From the NCBI GenBank assembly GCA_964624495.1, contig CAZUYN010000001.1, positions 1 through 61,787 on the forward strand: a stretch of DNA of 61,787 nt. Reading direction: 5' to 3'. A program made the position numbers and the translations under genes. The notes beneath the pieces were generated by a model. That model was not told the origin of the DNA, did no database searches, and saw only the letters and a program-made list of their open reading frames with translations. Every line of letters starts with the position of its first letter. Position 1 is the first letter of the stretch. Origin of the DNA: an uncultured Clostridia bacterium (lineage in GTDB: Bacteria; Bacillota; Clostridia; Christensenellales; Borkfalkiaceae). This document shows, piece by piece, positions 18,701 through 26,504 of this stretch.

Positions 18701-18799
18701 TCAGATATACCCCCCCCCCGTATTACATCCGGCTAATACAACGGGCAACGCCGTCGCCATTGCAATAGCCGCACAAAACATTTTCTTCTTACCCTTCAT
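18701..18799 (-). CDS. Lipoprotein signal-peptide mini-ORF, out of frame with the downstream body
   Basis: SD AAGGAGG lies 7 nt before ATG 18799. It encodes MKGKKKMFCAAIAMATALPVVLAGC (lipobox LAGC), then NTGGG YI stop (18701-18703). Confidence 0.7.
   Translation of the reverse strand: MKGKKKMFCAAIAMATALPVVLAGCNTGGGYI
18710..18719 (-). repeat. Homopolymeric poly(G)10 tract (coding strand)
   Basis: Ten consecutive C on the plus strand, at the junction of the two reading frames. Confidence 0.95.
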
Positions 18800-18895
18800 A
18801 TTTTGCCTCCTTATATTTGTTTTTCCGTAGAAGAAGATTTTTCAGCTTCGGGCGGCAAAGCCGCCCTCTCGCAATACGGAATTAACTTGATTAAA

Positions 18896-18923
18896 GTATA
18901 TCATTCTTTTTAATAATGTCAAT
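18896..18923 (-). promoter_or_regulatory. Sigma-A-type promoter of the lipoprotein gene
   Basis: Minus strand reads TTGACA (18918-18923), 16 nt, TGaTATACT (18896-18904). Confidence 0.55.
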
Positions 18924-19074
18924 AGAGGTCTTGCAAATTTCACACAATCGTCAACGCCCGTTAAAAATTATGCAAAAGGCGGTATTCCGATTTAGTATCG
19001 GGAAAGCGGCGTTAAAAGTAAAAAGGCTGCCGTTACAGACAACCTTTTAACAAAACCGCCGCACTTCGGCGGTA

Positions 19075-19165
19075 TGGCGCAGAGAAGAGGATTTGAACCT
19101 CCGGACGGGTATCAGCCGTCACACGATTTCCAATCGTGCGCCTTAAACCGCTCAGCCATCTCTGC
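19075..19165 (-). tRNA. tRNA-Ser (anticodon GGA)
   Basis: 91-nt cloverleaf. Acceptor stem GCAGAGA/TCTCTGC, anticodon loop TTGGAAA, long variable arm, T-arm GGAGG-TTCAAAT-CCTCT, encoded CCA. A CCGCCGAAGTGCGGCGG+TTTT terminator follows at about 19052-19072. Confidence 0.95.
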
Positions 19166-19313
19166 ATTGCGCTTTTCTCAAGCATTAATATGATATTAAA
19201 TCGACGGAAAAAAATCAAGCGTTTTTGCAAGTCAATTTTATTTAACGCCGCATTATTATTTTTTTTGGGCTTATTTTTCAGGTCGGCTTACAGCCTAAAA
19301 GCCGCTTTTTTGA

Positions 19314-19676
19314 TTATTTGACCACGCCGAACAGGCTAAGCGCCCACAGCACGGCGAACGCAAGCGCAAAAACCAGCAAGCAAATACCGGCGATCAACAA
19401 TATCCGCCTCTGCGCCTTGCGGATGACGGAAGCGGTCGTCGTCCATATCCCCGCTATCGCAAACATAACCGCGAGCAACGGGAACGAAACCCTGCCGTTG
19501 ACGATTACCTCAACCAGATTAAAGACGCCGCACAGCAGTTCGACAAGGCTTAAACCCAAAGTCCGGTACTGCATCAGCTTTTTAAAGCCGCCCTCGCCGT
19601 TACCGTCCTTTCCGCTCTCCTCCGTTTCCGCCGTATATTCGGTTCTTTCGCCCAACGCTCCGTCGTCCTCTTTCAT
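19314..19676 (-). CDS. Small membrane protein, unknown function
   Basis: Acidic N-terminus followed by three hydrophobic helices. ATG 19676 follows SD AGAGG. A TTGACA-17-TAAAAT promoter lies upstream on the minus strand. Confidence 0.5.
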   Translation of the reverse strand: MKEDDGALGERTEYTAETEESGKDGNGEGGFKKLMQYRTLGLSLVELLCGVFNLVEVIVNGRVSFPLLAVMFAIAGIWTTTASVIRKAQRRILLIAGICLLVFALAFAVLWALSLFGVVK

Positions 19677-19760
19677 CGTAATTACCTCTGACGGATGTAT
19701 TTTATCACTTGCGCAACGCCGTGTCAATCTTTAATTTCACCTACATTTCTTTTAAATGGC

Positions 19761-19789
19761 TTGAAAAGTTTTCGGGTTTGCGGTATACT
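19761..19789 (+). promoter_or_regulatory. Sigma-A-type promoter of the aldo/keto reductase gene
   Basis: TTGAAA (19761-19766), 17 nt, TATACT (19784-19789). SD AAGGAGG precedes ATG 19831. Confidence 0.55.
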
Positions 19790-19830
19790 GATTACGTGAA
19801 AAGCGCGGCGGCTGCCGTAAGGAGGTTTTT

Positions 19831-20667
19831 ATGATTATAGGCGAAACTTATACCCTTTCGAACGGAATAAAAATACCCAAGGTCGGGTTCGGAACGTGGC
19901 AGATCAAGAACGGCGAGGAGGCTTATAACTCGGTCAGATGGGCTATCGAAGCAGGCTACCGCCATATCGACACGGCGTACGCCTACGATAACGAGGAAAG
20001 CGTCGGCAAGGCTATCGCCGACGGCGGCGTTGACAGAAAGGATATTTTTCTCGCGACCAAGCTGCCTTCCCATATAAAGAGCTATGACGGCGCCCTGGAA
20101 TACTTCGAAAAATCTTTAAAAAATCTCGGAACCGACTACCTCGACCTGTATTTAATTCACGCGCCCTGGCCCTGGTCGGACGTGGGCAGGGAATGCACCG
20201 AGGGCAATATAGCCGCCTGGAAGGCTATGGTAGAATTATACAACGCGGGCAAGATAAAATCTATCGGCGTTTCCAACTTCCGCCCCGGGGACATTATACC
20301 CCTGACCGAAGCTACGGGCGTTAAACCGATGGTCAACCAGATCCGTTACTTTATCGGCAACACGCAGGAAAAAGTCAGCGGATACTGTATGAAAGAGGGC
20401 ATTTTAATCGAGGCGTACTCTCCCCTTGCCACGGGCGAGCTCCTCGGGAACGAAATTTTATCCGCAATAGCGCAAAAATACGAAAAGAGCGTTGCGAAGA
20501 TATGCCTCAGATACTGTTTGCAGAAGGGCGTTTTGCCTCTCCCCAAGAGCACCCACCGCGGACGCATAACCGACAACACCGATTTGGACTTCGTCCTGTC
20601 CGACGAAGATATGGCGTATTTAGACGGCTTGCACCATATCGCCTCGGTCAGAAAATTAAGGGACTGA
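19831..20667 (+). CDS. Aldo/keto reductase (2,5-diketo-D-gluconate reductase-like)
   Basis: AKR motifs GFGTWQ, GYRHIDTAYAY, LDLYLIHAP, IGVSNF. Confidence 0.9.
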   Translation: MIIGETYTLSNGIKIPKVGFGTWQIKNGEEAYNSVRWAIEAGYRHIDTAYAYDNEESVGKAIADGGVDRKDIFLATKLPSHIKSYDGALEYFEKSLKNLGTDYLDLYLIHAPWPWSDVGRECTEGNIAAWKAMVELYNAGKIKSIGVSNFRPGDIIPLTEATGVKPMVNQIRYFIGNTQEKVSGYCMKEGILIEAYSPLATGELLGNEILSAIAQKYEKSVAKICLRYCLQKGVLPLPKSTHRGRITDNTDLDFVLSDEDMAYLDGLHHIASVRKLRD

Positions 20668-20752
20668 AACCGATAAACGGGCGCGGCGCGTGCCGCGCCC
20701 GTAAGCTTACCCCTTTGCTTTATGCCCTTTTGTGAATATTTATGCAATCCGT

Positions 20753-20781
20753 TTGACTTTTTATTCACATAGGGCTATAAT
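20753..20781 (+). promoter_or_regulatory. Sigma-A-type promoter of ilvA-ridA
   Basis: TTGACT (20753-20758), 17 nt, TATAAT (20776-20781). Confidence 0.6.
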
Positions 20782-20811
20782 TATGTGAATAGTATCCGGG
20801 AAGGTTTTAAA

Positions 20812-22017
20812 ATGCTTACATTAGATAAAGTCTACCACGCACGCTACGTCCTTAAAGACGCCATACGCATGACCGACCTTATATATTCCCCCGTCATCTC
20901 CTCGGAGTGCGGCACGGAGGTCTATTTAAAGACCGAAAACCTGCAAATAACGGGCTCGTTCAAGGTACGCGGAGCGTATTATAAAATTTCCCAGCTGTCG
21001 GAAGAGGAAAAAGCAAAGGGCGTTATCGCCTGCTCCGCAGGCAATCACGCGCAGGGCGTAGCCCTCGCCTCTGAAAAATTCGGCATAAAATCTATTATCT
21101 GTATGCCCGACGGCGCGCCCATTTCCAAGGTAGAGGCGACAAAGAGCTACGGCGCGGAGGTCGTCCTCGTCCCCGGCGTTTACGACGACGCGCATAACGA
21201 GGCGGAAAGACTTAAAGACGAAAAGGGCTACACCTTTATACATCCCTTCGACGACGAGGACGTAATCGCGGGACAAGGCACGATAGGGCTTGAAATTATC
21301 AACCAATTGAAAGACGCGGATGCGGTAGTCGTCCCCGTGGGCGGAGGCGGACTGATTTCGGGCGTGGCGTTTGCGATTAAATCGCTCAACCCGAAAATCA
21401 AGGTTTACGGCGTGCAGTCCGACGGGGCGCCCGGCATGCTCAACTCGCTCGAACACAAGCATATAGAAACCCTCCCCTCCGTTTCCACCGTCGCCGACGG
21501 CATCGCCGTAAAGGAACCGGGCAAGCTCACGTTCGAAATGTGTTCTAAATACGTCGATAAAATCGTATCGGTCACGGACGACCAGGTATCGGCGGCTATT
21601 CTCGCGCTGATAGAAAAGCAGAAGATGATTGCCGAAGGCGCGGGCGCCGTATCGTTAGCCGCCGTTATGTTCGGCAAAATACCCTGTTTAAAGGGCAAAA
21701 AGGCGGTCTGCCTTATTTCGGGCGGCAATATAGACGTTACCATTCTTTCGCGCGTGATCAACCGCGGTCTGCTTATGAGCGGAAGAAAATGCACCCTTAC
21801 CCTCGAGCTTATGGATAAGCCCGGGCAGCTTGCCGGCGTTTCGGAAATCATAGCAAAGTGCGGCGGCAACGTTACCGCCGTCCTGCACGAAAGGACGAAC
21901 GAGGGCACCGCCATTAACGGCTGTTATTTAAAACTGCAAACCGAAACCAAGGACTTCGGGCAGATAAAGCTGATAAAAGACGCCCTTACCGACAACGGCT
22001 TTAAGCTTATCGATTGA
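20812..22017 (+). CDS. ilvA: Threonine ammonia-lyase (threonine dehydratase), short form with one ACT-like domain
   Basis: PLP-lysine motif SFKVRGAY, glycine loop GGGGLISG, C-terminal ACT-like regulatory domain. ATG 20812 follows SD GGGAAGG. Confidence 0.88.
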   Translation: MLTLDKVYHARYVLKDAIRMTDLIYSPVISSECGTEVYLKTENLQITGSFKVRGAYYKISQLSEEEKAKGVIACSAGNHAQGVALASEKFGIKSIICMPDGAPISKVEATKSYGAEVVLVPGVYDDAHNEAERLKDEKGYTFIHPFDDEDVIAGQGTIGLEIINQLKDADAVVVPVGGGGLISGVAFAIKSLNPKIKVYGVQSDGAPGMLNSLEHKHIETLPSVSTVADGIAVKEPGKLTFEMCSKYVDKIVSVTDDQVSAAILALIEKQKMIAEGAGAVSLAAVMFGKIPCLKGKKAVCLISGGNIDVTILSRVINRGLLMSGRKCTLTLELMDKPGQLAGVSEIIAKCGGNVTAVLHERTNEGTAINGCYLKLQTETKDFGQIKLIKDALTDNGFKLID

Positions 22018-22049
22018 CGACGGCAAATAATTTTTAAGGAGAAAATATT

Positions 22050-22421
22050 ATGAAAACGGTTGAAACGGCAAACGCCCCCGCGGCGATAGGTCCCTATTCG
22101 CAGGCTAAAATTTATAACGGCACGGTATACGCGAGCGGTCAGATACCCGTCAACCCGGCGACGGGAAAGATCGAAGCCGCCGACATAAAGGGTCAGACCG
22201 AACAGGTCTGCAAAAACGTAGCCGCGCTTTTGGAAGCCGCGGGCAGCTCGATAGACAAGGTCGTTAAGACCGTATGCTTCCTTTCGGACATAGCCGACTT
22301 TGCGGCGTTCAACGCCGTCTACGCCGAATACTTTACCTCGGCGCCGGCAAGAAGCTGCGTCGCGGTCAAGGATATTCCCAAAGGCTGTCTGGTGGAGATA
22401 GAGGCGATAGCCGAAATCTGA
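22050..22421 (+). CDS. ridA: RidA (YjgF/YER057c/UK114) enamine/imine deaminase
   Basis: 123 aa with APAAIGPYSQA...GQIP...PARSCVAV...VEIEAIA. It lies directly downstream of ilvA. Confidence 0.88.
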   Translation: MKTVETANAPAAIGPYSQAKIYNGTVYASGQIPVNPATGKIEAADIKGQTEQVCKNVAALLEAAGSSIDKVVKTVCFLSDIADFAAFNAVYAEYFTSAPARSCVAVKDIPKGCLVEIEAIAEI

Positions 22422-22472
22422 CCCCCCCCTCTTCCCGTACGGCGGGAAATTTGCGTTTTTTGGTAATTATAT

Positions 22473-22502
22473 TTGACTTTAAGGTACGTTCCGTTATATA
22501 AT
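22473..22502 (+). promoter_or_regulatory. Sigma-A-type promoter of degV copy 1
   Basis: TTGACTTTAAG...GTTATATAAT, with an 18-nt spacer between -35 and -10. Confidence 0.55.
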
Positions 22503-22601
22503 CTTAAACGGAGTTACAAAGCGACGGGGCTTTGCCCGTAACTAATATTTTACGGTTATACGGCACATAATAAAGTAGCCTGTAATAATGAGGAAAGTTA
22601 T

Positions 22602-23477
22602 ATGAAAACCGCAATAGTGACCGATAGCAACAGCGGCATTACGCAAAAAGAGGCGGAAAAGCTCGGCATATACGTCGTGCCTATGCCTTTTCTTATCGAC
22701 GGGGAACAGTTTTTCGAGGATATCTCGCTTACGCAGGAGGAATTCTACGAAAAGCTTAAAAGCGACGCGCAGGTGTCCACCTCGCAGCCCAGCGCGTACG
22801 ACGTGGGCGAGCTGTGGAGCAAGCTGTTAAAAGAATACGACAGCATTATCCATATACCTATGTCGAGCGGTCTTTCGCAGACCTGCGCCACCCTGACGCG
22901 GCTTGCCGAAACCGAGCCGGCTTTTAAGGGAAAGGTATTCGTTATAGACAACCAGCGCATTTCGGTCACGCAAAAGCAATCCGTAACAGACTGCCTCGAA
23001 ATGCTTAAAGACGGCAAAACCGTCGAAGAAATAGTCGCGTTTTTATACGAAACCAAAATGCAGTCCTCCATTTATATAATGGTCGGCACGCTTAAATATC
23101 TTAAAAAGGGCGGCAGGCTTACCCCTGCGGTTGCGGCGATAGGCACGCTTTTGAAAATTAAGCCCGTACTGCAAATTCAGGGCTTCAAGCTTGACCAATA
23201 CGCCAAGGTGAGAAAGCTGTCCGACGCGAAAGAAACTATGATTGCGGCGCTGGATAAGGATTTAAAAGAGCGCTTTGCCGAACAGCGCAAAGCAGGCAAG
23301 ATGACCATATCCATCGCGCATACCGAAAATTTAGAGGAAGCGAAGATATTCGCCGAGGAGCTTAAAAGCGCCTTCCCCGACCTGGAATTTGTGTGGATAG
23401 ACCCCCTCTCTCTGAGCGTTTCCTGCCACATAGGTCCCGGCGCGCTTGCGTGCACGGCTTCCGTAAAATACAAATAA
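22602..23477 (+). CDS. DegV family fatty-acid-binding protein (copy 1)
   Basis: IVTDSNSGIT..., STSQPS, KYLKKGGRLTPAVAAIGTLLKIKPVLQ, HIGPGALA. Confidence 0.88.
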   Translation: MKTAIVTDSNSGITQKEAEKLGIYVVPMPFLIDGEQFFEDISLTQEEFYEKLKSDAQVSTSQPSAYDVGELWSKLLKEYDSIIHIPMSSGLSQTCATLTRLAETEPAFKGKVFVIDNQRISVTQKQSVTDCLEMLKDGKTVEEIVAFLYETKMQSSIYIMVGTLKYLKKGGRLTPAVAAIGTLLKIKPVLQIQGFKLDQYAKVRKLSDAKETMIAALDKDLKERFAEQRKAGKMTISIAHTENLEEAKIFAEELKSAFPDLEFVWIDPLSLSVSCHIGPGALACTASVKYK

Positions 23478-23529
23478 GAATAATAGCTCCGTCCGCTATA
23501 AACGGACGGATATTTGTTTTGCTCCGCAA

Positions 23530-23558
23530 TTGACTTTAAGTCGCCCGTGTTATATAAT
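23530..23558 (+). promoter_or_regulatory. Sigma-A-type promoter of degV copy 2
   Basis: TTGACTTTAAG...GTTATATAAT with a 17-nt spacer. Both hexamer contexts are shared with the copy-1 promoter. Confidence 0.55.
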
Positions 23559-23583
23559 AATACGCACAAAAGGAAAGAGAATT

Positions 23584-24459
23584 ATGAAAACAATAATCGT
23601 AACCGACAGCAACTGCGGCATAACCGCAGAGCAGGCAAAAGAGCTTGGGATAGAGATACAGCCCACCCCCGTCCTTATAAACGGAAAACAGTACTTTGAA
23701 GAAGAGGGCTTTACCCAAAGGCAGTTCTACGAATATCTTACCGACGAGAATACGACGGTGGCAACGTCGCAACCCAACCCCTACGACGTTGCCGAACGCT
23801 GGCGCAGACTGTTGAAAACGTATGACAACATCTTATACCTGCCCCTTTCGAGCGGACTTTCGCAGACGGCTTTGACCATTAAACATATGGCGGAAACCGA
23901 GCCCGAATTTATAGGCAAGGTATATGCGCTGGACAACCACAGGGTTTCCGTTACCCAGAAGCAGACGGTATTCGATTCGCTGAAAATGCTTTCGGAGGGA
24001 AAGAGCGCCGCGGAGGTCTACGATTGGCTGAACCTTACGGCGAAAATTTCCTCTATCTATATCGCCGTGAGCACGCTTAAATTTTTAAAAAAAAGCGGCA
24101 GACTCACCCCTGCCGTCGCCGCTATCGGAACGCTTTTGAAAATCAAACCCGTACTGCAAATTCAGGGCGAGGTGCTCGACAAATACGCGCAGGTAAGAAA
24201 GTTATCCGACGCGAAAAAGACTATGATCGAAGCCTTGCGCCACGATTTGGAGACGCGCTTCAAGACCTACCGCGACCAAGGTAAAATGGTGATAAGCGTT
24301 GCGCACACCGACTGCTATAACGACGCCCGTGAATTTGCCGAAGAGCTTAAACAAGCCTTCCCCGACTGCGAAATCAACTTCAACGACCCCCTCTCCCTAA
24401 GCGTTGCGGTGCATATCGGTCCCGGCGCGCTTGCGTGCGGCTGTTGCATCAAATACTGA
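23584..24459 (+). CDS. DegV family fatty-acid-binding protein (copy 2)
   Basis: Paralogue of copy 1, with the identical block GRLTPAVAAIGTLLKIKPVLQIQG. ATG 23584 follows SD AAAGGAAAGAG. Confidence 0.88.
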   Translation: MKTIIVTDSNCGITAEQAKELGIEIQPTPVLINGKQYFEEEGFTQRQFYEYLTDENTTVATSQPNPYDVAERWRRLLKTYDNILYLPLSSGLSQTALTIKHMAETEPEFIGKVYALDNHRVSVTQKQTVFDSLKMLSEGKSAAEVYDWLNLTAKISSIYIAVSTLKFLKKSGRLTPAVAAIGTLLKIKPVLQIQGEVLDKYAQVRKLSDAKKTMIEALRHDLETRFKTYRDQGKMVISVAHTDCYNDAREFAEELKQAFPDCEINFNDPLSLSVAVHIGPGALACGCCIKY

Positions 24460-25290
24460 TTTTCGGGCGGCGGCAACCCCTTTGTCCTTACCGAAAAGCG
24501 CGTTGCCGCCTATTGCTTTTTTCCGCGCCGCCGCGTCGTTCAAAATATAATGCTTCGCGTTATAGATAACGCCTATGACGAGGCTGTTAATCATAAGATA
24601 GCACCACAGCAGAAACACTATGACGGCGGCTATCGCCCCGTACAGCCGCCGAAAGTCGGAAAACCCGAGATAGATTGAAAAACCTATTGCGCAGGCTATC
24701 CACAGAATGACGGTCAGTAGCGCGCCGCCCGACGCTTCGGCGTAGCTAAGTCTGTACGGGCACGCGAACGCGTTTAAAAAATAAGACGTGAAATAGGCGA
24801 ACAAAGTTAGAAAAACCAGGGTTATTGCCTCGGCTAAATGCCGGGGCATTATATATTCGAGGACGGTCACCCCGATAAACGGCACAGCCGCCGCAAGCGC
24901 GACGAGCAGAAGAACCGCAAACACGGCGAACAGAGAAGATATTCTGAGCTTTAAAGAATTGCCGACTATGTGCGGCGCGAAAATCAGCTCTCCGCTGCGC
25001 CTCAGATGAAAGAAAAAATTGGTTGACGACCACAGCGAGGTTATAAGCAAAAGCAAGGTAGCGCTGCCCGTGGCGTCGAGAGCCGCCTGCTGTAAGCTGT
25101 TCAGGAATGGCTCTATCGTTTCGAAAAATTCCGTCGGCAGAATACGGCTTAAATCCACGTCGCCGGCAATCAGGGCAAGCCAGAACAGAAACGGCGTGAT
25201 TGACGTCAGAAAAAAATATACGAGCGTACCCGACAGCGTCGTAAAGCGCATATCCGAATAATATTTAAGCTCCTTGAAAAAACCGCCCAT
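24397..25290 (-). CDS. YihY / virulence factor BrkB family membrane protein
   Basis: Six hydrophobic segments and a family-typical N-terminus (FKELKYYSDMRFTTLSGTLVYFFLTSITPFL). ATG 25290 is preferred over the ORF-track start at 25470. The 3' end overlaps the convergent degV by 63 nt. Confidence 0.8.
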   Translation of the reverse strand: MGGFFKELKYYSDMRFTTLSGTLVYFFLTSITPFLFWLALIAGDVDLSRILPTEFFETIEPFLNSLQQAALDATGSATLLLLITSLWSSTNFFFHLRRSGELIFAPHIVGNSLKLRISSLFAVFAVLLLVALAAAVPFIGVTVLEYIMPRHLAEAITLVFLTLFAYFTSYFLNAFACPYRLSYAEASGGALLTVILWIACAIGFSIYLGFSDFRRLYGAIAAVIVFLLWCYLMINSLVIGVIYNAKHYILNDAAARKKAIGGNALFGKDKGVAAARKSVFDATAARKRAGTDMHRNA

Positions 25291-25412
25291 AATATTATTT
25301 TTGACCTTTGTCCGCCCCGATATACGGTAAACGGGGAACGCAAAAATGCGTTCCCCGTAATTTTGCGGTCTGACCGTCATTTGCGGCGGTCGCGGTAACC
25401 CGTTACAGACAA

Positions 25413-25736
25413 TCAGGAGCAACCGCAACCACAGCCGTTGCAGGAATTGCAGGAATTGCAAGAATTGCAAGAATTGCAGGAGTTGCTACGGCTGAATCCG
25501 AGCGTGGAATTGCTCCAACCGCACCCCGTCCAGCCTACGCCGCCGCTCTGCGTTCCGCAACCGCCGAAGGTCGAGCCGCAACTGTTGCACCCCCATTCGT
25601 TACCGGACGAGGAACCGCAACCGCTTCTTGTATTGCCGCACGAGGAACCGCCGCAACGTCTTGCGTTGCAGCCGCAGAATAAGGAGAATAAACCCGAACA
25701 GCCGTTACAGCCGCAGGAATTACAGCAAAAACACAT
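25413..25736 (-). CDS. Cys/Gly/Ser/Asn-rich small protein (107 aa, 23 Cys), unknown function
   Basis: ATG 25736 follows SD AAAGGAAAG at 7-nt spacing. The protein is MCFCCNSCGCNGC...SNSCNSCNSCNSCNSCNGCGCGCS, with no signal peptide. The opposite strand is also open (QEL repeats) but has no SD. Confidence 0.55.
   Translation of the reverse strand: MCFCCNSCGCNGCSGLFSLFCGCNARRCGGSSCGNTRSGCGSSSGNEWGCNSCGSTFGGCGTQSGGVGWTGCGWSNSTLGFSRSNSCNSCNSCNSCNSCNGCGCGCS
25437..25486. repeat. 9-bp tandem repeat, about 5.5 copies
   Basis: (G/A)TTGCA(G/A)GA repeats head to tail. On the coding (minus) strand it encodes (SCN)n. Confidence 0.9.
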
Positions 25737-25867
25737 AATCGAACTTTCCTTTTGCTTTGGTATTAGACAAACCATACTTCGTATAAGATTGCCCTTTGCA
25801 CTGAGGACGAAGTTTTTCCGCCCCGTCCTTAGTTTATAATATGCGTTCCGCGCTTTATATGGTGATA

Positions 25868-25900
25868 AAAAAAGCGCCGCGGCTGAAAATTCAGCCGCGG
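25868..25900 (-). terminator. Rho-independent terminator of the rubrerythrin gene
   Basis: CCGCGGCTGA-AAAT-TCAGCCGCGG forms a 10-bp stem, followed by T7 on the minus strand. Confidence 0.8.
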
Positions 25901-25924
25901 TTTTAACTTTTTTTAAACCTTTGA

Positions 25925-26461
25925 TTATTCGCCGAAATATCTCTTTAAAAGACCCGCGAAACCTGCGCCGTGACGGGCTTCGTCCTTTGCCATTTCGTGA
26001 ACGGTGTCGTGAATGGCGTCGTAGCCGAGCTGCTTAGCCCTCTTTGCAATGGCGAGCTTGCCTTCGCAAGCGCCTGCTTCCGCCGCTGCGCGGAGCTCCA
26101 AATTCTTTTTGGTTGAAGGCGTTACGACTTCGCCCAAGAGCTCCGCAAACTTGGAAGCGTGGTCGGCTTCTTCGTAAGCGTAACGCTTGAAGGCTTCGGC
26201 AATCTCGGGATATCCTTCGCGCTCGGCAACCCTTGCCATGGCAAGGTACATACCGACCTCGGTGCATTCGCCCGTGAAGTGTGCGCGGAGTCCTTCCATT
26301 ACCTCGGCGTCTTCAACTACTCCGTCGCCCACGTGGTGTTCGCAGGCGAAGCCCTTCTTTTCGGTTTCCTCGACGGGTTCGAAACAATCTTTCTTGCCGC
26401 AAACGGGGCAAACCTCTACGTCGTCGGCAACGATTTCGCCGCAAATTTTACATCTTTTCAT
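25925..26461 (-). CDS. rbr: Reverse rubrerythrin (N-terminal rubredoxin-like domain + diiron ferritin-like domain)
   Basis: CKICGEIV...CPVCG precedes four-helix diiron motifs ([35 protein letters not shown]). SD AAAGGAG. Confidence 0.88.
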   Translation of the reverse strand: MKRCKICGEIVADDVEVCPVCGKKDCFEPVEETEKKGFACEHHVGDGVVEDAEVMEGLRAHFTGECTEVGMYLAMARVAEREGYPEIAEAFKRYAYEEADHASKFAELLGEVVTPSTKKNLELRAAAEAGACEGKLAIAKRAKQLGYDAIHDTVHEMAKDEARHGAGFAGLLKRYFGE

Positions 26462-26504
26462 AATTCAAACAACTCCTTTTTGATATATTTATTTTTGTGC
26501 CTAT

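Noticed and set aside
19280-19312. Hairpin CGGCTT...AAGCCG followed by T6 on the plus strand, just after the minus-strand membrane-protein gene
   Set aside because: The T-tract is oriented for a plus-strand transcript, but no plus-strand gene lies upstream (the 61-aa ORF 19136-19321 overlaps the tRNA and looks spurious). It is too ambiguous to annotate.
5232-22433. Two intergenic C8 tracts sharing CCCCCCCCTCT (5232-5242 after mgtE; 22423-22433 after ridA)
   Set aside because: Both are non-coding and lie just downstream of stop codons. A few runs of this length are expected by chance at this GC content, and an 11-mer shared once is not significant. There is no frame consequence, unlike the G10 tract at 18710-18719.
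25437-25486. Tandem repeats considered as a possible CRISPR or other spacer array
   Set aside because: The units are 9 bp and directly abutting, with no spacers. They lie in frame inside a coding region, and no cas genes are present in the window.
25438-25839. Plus-strand 133-aa ORF with MQELQELQELQEL... repeats, opposite the Cys-rich gene
   Set aside because: It starts at a TTG with no SD, runs through the other gene's SD and promoter region, and its periodicity is simply the complement of the 9-bp repeat. The minus-strand reading has a proper SD and ATG. Strand assignment still deserves an RNA-seq check.
25835-25843. Sigma-K-like -10 (CATAnnnTA = CATATTATA) upstream of the Cys-rich gene, and a similar CATATTTTA upstream of sigK (about 10822-10830)
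   Set aside because: The motif has only six defined bases. The nearest upstream AC dinucleotides are at non-canonical spacing (18 and 13 nt), and the first site is about 100 nt from the ATG. This is suggestive at best and is not annotated as a promoter.
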